From NCBI GenBank assembly GCA_002269645.1, contig NIVC01001077.1, positions 1 through 64,000 on the forward strand: a DNA stretch of 64,000 bases. Direction: 5' to 3'. The position numbers and the translations under genes are program-made. Positions 38,036 to 64,000 of the stretch are shown here, piece by piece. The stretch comes from Macrostomum lignano (Eukaryota). A model generated the notes under the pieces. It did not search any database. It was not told where the DNA came from and was given only the letters and a program-made list of their open reading frames with translations. The first letter of the stretch is position 1; every line of letters starts with the position of its first letter.

Positions 38036-38809
38036 AGGTTCGAGAATCAGCATGAAGAATGTGAGATAGTAAAATCGGGAATCAAGGATCCAGAGGAGAT
38101 GCCTGTAACATTGCAGTACTGTAATATAATTAATGGGTTGAATAAATTGCGCAATAAACTTACTGGTTTGTCGTCTTTGGTTGAATGTGATTTTAGTATC
38201 GTGTCTTTGTTCTTACATATTTCCTCTACTGCTTATTTACGTTTCAGTTTATTGTTTGACCGAATTGACTCTTTGTTTTTCTTAATTTAAATGACAATTG
38301 CGTTACTCCAGACTGAACCTGCAGTGGCAGTGCAGCCCCCCCCCCTCCCTGGGCATCCAATTCAGTTATAAATGAATTTGTACGCGAAACTCCCAACGGT
38401 GCTTAGCCAGTTGTAAATCATTCTGAAATGATAGATAATATCCCAACTAAGCCAGCACCTGTTATTTATTCTATTTAACCGCTAATACTTGGATAAATGC
38501 CATTTCTGATGACAATTGTTACTATTTGCTCCATGTGTTTTTCTAATGCTTTCTTTTTGTGTGTGAGCGGACCGGCTGCTCTCGCTGGTAAAATTTACTT
38601 ACTTTTCTGTTCCGCATGTCGAACTATTCAGCATATCTCTGTTTTAGTATACATTTATTATATGAATGAATAAATAAAATATGAACAACTTTTGTCTGTC
38701 TCCGTGTGCGTGTTTTTATGCCCAGCAACAGAATTCGATACCCCACCGTGTCTTGTTTGCTCCTCAGCTTTTAAATATTTTTTAAAGTTGGAAATGCTCA
38801 TAGTCGCAG

Positions 38810-38925
38810 CGTTCTTGTTTGTACGTCTGCCTGTATATCTGTCTCTCCGTGTGTCTCTGTCTCCGTGTATGTCTGTCTGCCTGCCTGTCTGTCTGTCTGT
38901 CTGTCTGTCTGTCTGCCTGCCTGCC

Positions 38926-38956
<31 letters not shown>

Positions 38957-39132
38957 ATATCTGTATCTCTCTGTCTATCTGTGTCTGCCTGTCCGTCCAT
39001 CTCTGTGTCTCTCTGTATCTCTCTGTCTCTGTGTATGTCTGCCTGTCTGTCTGTCTGTCTGTCTCTTTGTCTGTCTGTCTGTCTCTCTGTCTATCTGTCT
39101 GTCTGTTACGAGTGTAGTGTCGTCTGTCTGTC
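38810..39132. repeat. Degenerate (GTCT)n microsatellite
   Basis: Direct inspection. Confidence 0.9.
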
Positions 39133-40575
39133 TTAGGGTCGATTTTTCTATCTGTTTATTCAAAGATCTATTAATCTATGTCTCTGTTCGGTACAAATTC
39201 TAATTTGTAAAATCTACAAAAAGCACAAGAGGAAAAGCAAAGAGAACAGGCTCAGCAATGTTTGGGTCCCAGAGTAGTGTAATAAGTGTATTTTTTGCTT
39301 CTCGAGTGAAGCGATCTGCGTTGTAATATAGAATAATGTATTTCTTGACTAAATTAACTTTTTACCTTTTAATTGGTCACGTACGCGTGATAGAAAAGAA
39401 CTTTTAATAAAGTTATTCCAAATTTATAAAAGTAAAATAGAAGGTTCACAGTTTTCTCTTAGATGTGGGAATTCGTAAAGGGAATATTAAATTACGAGAG
39501 TGAAACAAGAACATACCCTCGTACTTATAAAAAGGCTTATGGCTGCAATTGGAACTCAACTTGATAGATTTTGATTTAAATTCGTGCCGAAAAAGCTCCC
39601 TACGTATTGTAAAAGTTATGCATCCGGAAATTTACTATTAATAGTTGGTTTTCCGTTATTTAATTATTGCACAAAAATTTGAATTGAAAATACATGTATG
39701 TTGACTCGGGTTCAAATAAATTTGGCTCTTCACAGAAAATAACAAATGTCTTAAATGTTGAAAGATAATTATCGAGTCCTGAAAGAGGATTCACGCCTCA
39801 AGAATATTGCTAATTCTGTATTACATTACAAAATCTGTGGTCACCGAGGGAGGGCAATCTGAACTAAAAAATCTGTTTTGGAAAATAAATAAAATATTCA
39901 TTGCTTTCTGAAGTACAATAAAAACAAAGATATTTATTAATAGTTTTACATAGGAGATATAGTAAAAGTGCCAAATTACATGCTTATTTGCAATTTTAAC
40001 AAAAATATGATATAACGTCATTAGTTTAGGAAACACTGTAGTGTAGATGATATAGTCATTAAAAATCTCTTCTTGTAAAAAATATAGAAAAAAATGTTAC
40101 ATACATATTAGCTACATATAGTCTAAATAAGGTGTGGTTTTGCGAAATCGAAATTATTAATGTCGGTTCATGTCGTGAGTCCTTTAGGCACTGGCGTTTG
40201 CCCACGGTAATTTATAATTATACCAACTAAGTAAATTACGAACTAAATTTAAATTTATAGTCTTTTATTAGTTTAGTTACTATAAATTAAATATATTGAG
40301 GATTATATAAAAACATACTATTTATTCAATTATAATATTTCTAATTGCTTATCCAGACTTCTGTGAGCCTTTGCCAAAGCAAAAAGTCCATTGAACCGCC
40401 CAATAATAAAACCACAAAATAAAAATCTCTGGATTCTGTAATAAAATAAACATTTGTGATTAAATTTAAATTTTTCAAAACAGTAGGAAAAAGTAAATTA
40501 AAAAGGCAGTTTATTTGAGAAGAAATAAAAATACATCTCGTCCAGCTTTATCAACAGGATTTTACAGATGCTTCA

Positions 40576-63917
<23,342 letters not shown>

Positions 63918-64000
63918 CTGGGGTGGTTAGGAATGCGGGCACGGTTGAGTCACTTCTCAGACTCACGGAGCCTAATTCTCTCTGTCGGAATACCGCAGCA

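Noticed and set aside
37121-38290. SR/RS-like ORFs (DSGSR, RFRIP)
   Set aside because: Translations of the CAGATTCAGGATC array downstream of the FAF1 poly(A) signal.
38040-40500. Additional exons or a gene between FAF1 and the mucin-like gene (e.g. a minus-strand GTAAGT donor near 38600)
   Set aside because: I could not build a consistent multi-exon frame; left unannotated.

Overview
Eukaryotic (metazoan, probably invertebrate) genomic DNA. GC-rich, Ala-rich exons and introns packed with mini- and microsatellites resemble the flatworm Macrostomum lignano, but that identity is inference. All gene models were spliced by hand from GT-AG sites and reading phase. Left to right: the 3' part of a TALE homeobox gene (Meis/homothorax, +); a probable small-exon gene of unknown function invisible to the ORF track (-, about 4.2-13.5 kb, low confidence); an FBXL8-like F-box/LRR gene (-); holocytochrome c synthase HCCS (-); a CpG-depleted block of DNA-transposon relics (MITEs and a dead PHD-FLYWCH-MULE transposase); FAF1 (+), head-to-head with HCCS; and about 23.5 kb of a large type-I membrane protein gene (-) with NIDO-AMOP-VWD-cadherin-like-about 20 EGF-TSP1-furin site-TM, whose 5' end lies outside the window. 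Most long ORFs in the track are translated tandem repeats. The most unusual signal is the intron architecture: most long introns carry their own tandem array, neighbouring introns share repeat families, and many units hold splice donors, branch points, acceptors or poly(A) signals on the sense strand. A hammerhead-ribozyme core is also present inside a FAF1 intron array.
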